A stretch of 64,000 nt of DNA from Xylographa opegraphella (lineage: Eukaryota): the NCBI GenBank assembly GCA_022813865.1, contig JALDZX010000003.1, positions 124,001 through 188,000 on the forward strand, written 5' to 3'. The notes under the pieces were generated by a model that searched no databases, was not told the origin of the DNA, and worked only from the letters and a program-made list of their open reading frames with translations. The position numbers and the translations under genes were made by a program. This document shows, piece by piece, positions 61,792 to 64,000 of this stretch; position 1 is the first letter of the stretch, and the number at the start of each line of letters is the position of its first letter.

Positions 61792-63757
61792 ATGAGTCGT
61801 GTTGCAGAGACAATGGCCCGAAGTCCCTTTTCTGGCAATTCTGGCTACCATGGAGGACAGCGACACATCCCGATTCTTCCTTCATCGACCACTTCAACCA
61901 ATTTCTCGCAGCCGGATGCGATGGATATCACCTCTCCGGCATCCACTGTGATGGGACCTCCGGTCAACAGCAGTCCAGAGATGGAGCATGAGGCGACCAA
62001 CCATGTTGCGACTCAAGGGGAGCTGGGAAACATGACAAACGGGGTCAATGGTGGAAGCTTGAATGCTGCGGCTGTTGCTTCCTCTCAGCAGCCCAAGGTC
62101 GTTCAGACCGCGTTTATCCATAAACTATACAAGTCAGGGCTGTGTCAAATGTCCCACTGAAAGCTAAACTGACAACGAGACATAGCATGCTCGAGGATCG
62201 CAGTATACAAAATCTAATATCCTGGTCGAGTTCGAACGAGAGCTTCGTCATGTCCCCGTCGCCTGACTTCTCCAAAGTCCTCGCGTGAGTAACTGATTTG
62301 TATGGCGTCCATTCTAGGCTGCACTAACGTACCGTAGTCAATATTTTAAGCACACAAACATTTCGTCTTTCGTAAGGCAGCTCAACATGTATGGATTCCA
62401 CAAAGGTACAGTGCAACATCCAGACCGGAGTGAGCAAGCACTGACGGCCTCTACAGTGAGCGATGTCTTCCACACCGGTGCTCCGGAATCAACCCTTTGG
62501 GAGTTCAAGCATGGTAATGGTAATTTCAAAAGAGGCGACTTGGCTGGACTTCGGGATATCAAACGTCGCGCTTCACGACACGCACTGATCCATCGAGACT
62601 CTTTCTCATCACCTCATAAGCCCAGTGTTTCCCAGCCAGGGACACCGGCCGAGCCCATGCCGGAGGCCGGCGATATGCGACTTCAAAGCATCGAACACAA
62701 CCTGTATGAGATACATTCGAGATTGATGCGCACAGAGGAGAGCAATTCGGCCCTCAGTTCGAAATGCTTGATGTTGAGTGATAGCCTATCTCGATGCCAT
62801 CAGGTAGGCAATCCTGTCGATGTTTGGACTGCATCGCTAATAGGACCAAGTGGGCCTCAGATTTGGCACATGTTGTGATAAGACTGATTCCCGACAAAGA
62901 TAGCCAGGCGTTTCGAGATGGTGAGTATCATCGTTTTCGTTCATCGGGGTGGAAGCTAAAGCGCTCCAGCATCAATAATCCGAAAAGATATCCAGAGGCA
63001 GCTTGAGATGGTCAGAGGCCTAGAAGACTCACATGAGAATCTGCTGTCAGGAAGGCAACCTTACTTTTCGAGTATGGCAATCGATGGCGCGCCACTCTCT
63101 CCTCGCCAAGCTCCTCAGGACGATCGACGTCCTTCGCTTCATGGTGCACTGCCGCGACCGAACTTCTTCCGTCCACCGGTTCCTACGCATCTCAACATAT
63201 CACCTCGTCGCTATGGTTCTATTGGAGGAGCAAACCCTTCTCCATCTTTCCACCGCCCCTCGATACCTCCGCAACCCCCACCGGTGTCTCAGCATCCTCT
63301 TGCATCTGTGTGTGAACCAGGTCCGAATCTAGCAAGACGACACACGTCCGCCGATATTCGAGCTCCGGCTGGATGGCCACCCCAAGCCGGATCCCCATAC
63401 GAGTCTGGCCAAAATTCGAGTCATTGGCCTTCATCGCCGAACCGGACGCCCAATCCCGGTGATCAACAAGTGCGTGACGTTTTGGCTCAATATGAGCTTG
63501 GTGGTCCTCGCCGAGTTGTTGACTCCCGGCAACCGACTCCCCCCCTTACTAATGAAACACAACCTACGACGGGCCCAGAAGGCAGTTGGCCCTACGGCGG
63601 CTCCAAATTCCCTACGAGACTTCTAGATTCCGCTCCTCAAACACGACGTTCAAGTATGGCTAGTAATGTACATTCTCTGCTAAATCCGGCTGAGACGGTG
63701 GAAAAAGACGAGGACGACGCTGCAGGTGACGATAGAAAGCGGAAGAGATTACAATGA
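61792..63757 (+). CDS. SFL1: HSF-type DNA-binding transcription factor, Sfl1-like; multi-exon
   Basis: [66 protein letters not shown]..IKRR, then a coiled coil and a C-terminal SVHSLLNP-like motif (NVHSLLNP). The start codon is uncertain (61792 or 61813). Confidence 0.9.
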
Positions 63758-64000
63758 CAGCCATCTGTCTATGATGAATGCTTTGTCCTAGAGCCAGTCG
63801 GCATAAGGCGTATATGAAAGCACGGCTTGGATATACATGGAAAAAATAATAATGGTGCTCTATTGACAATTCGGGAGGTGGTGGTTTTTTATCTTTGCCG
63901 TGTTGTCGTCTGTGCCCCAGCATGTACTGGGGTCATTTTATATAGGGCTTGGGGCTTGAATTTGTAAAGTATTGGGTGGTTCGTGCTGGAATAGCTTTCA

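Overview
Eukaryotic genomic DNA from a filamentous ascomycete (Pezizomycotina), inferred from short GT-AG introns with CTRAC/CTAAC branch points and from the protein families present. The window has three parts. (1) 0.5-37.5 kb is a gene-dense conserved block: DPM3, an ARM-repeat SmgGDS-like protein, a three-repeat metallothionein, AP-2 alpha (APL3), 3-hydroxybutyryl-CoA dehydrogenase, TOF1, TFB2, a 10-exon PaaI/hotdog thioesterase, Aquarius, THOC1/HPR1 and a homeobox TF. (2) About 38.8-58 kb is an accessory-looking island: two unrelated P450s bracketed by ~180-bp direct repeats, a secreted Thr-ladder repeat protein, a PTH11-like receptor and intronless ORFs I cannot assign to a family. (3) 58.6-63.8 kb holds a purine phosphoribosyltransferase and an Sfl1-type HSF transcription factor. 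The best leads are a secreted protein built from 8-aa and 9-aa TxT repeats (ice-binding/beta-solenoid-like), a 479-aa protein carrying zinc-deaminase-like motifs in reversed order (CxxC before GNCAE) and divergently paired with another unassigned ORF, a four-way-junction RNA structure inside the one long intron of the thioesterase gene, and recurring C-rich to G-rich skew flips. No tRNA, rRNA, CRISPR array or intact transposon was recognised. All gene models were spliced by eye and family calls come from recalled motifs; no searches were run.
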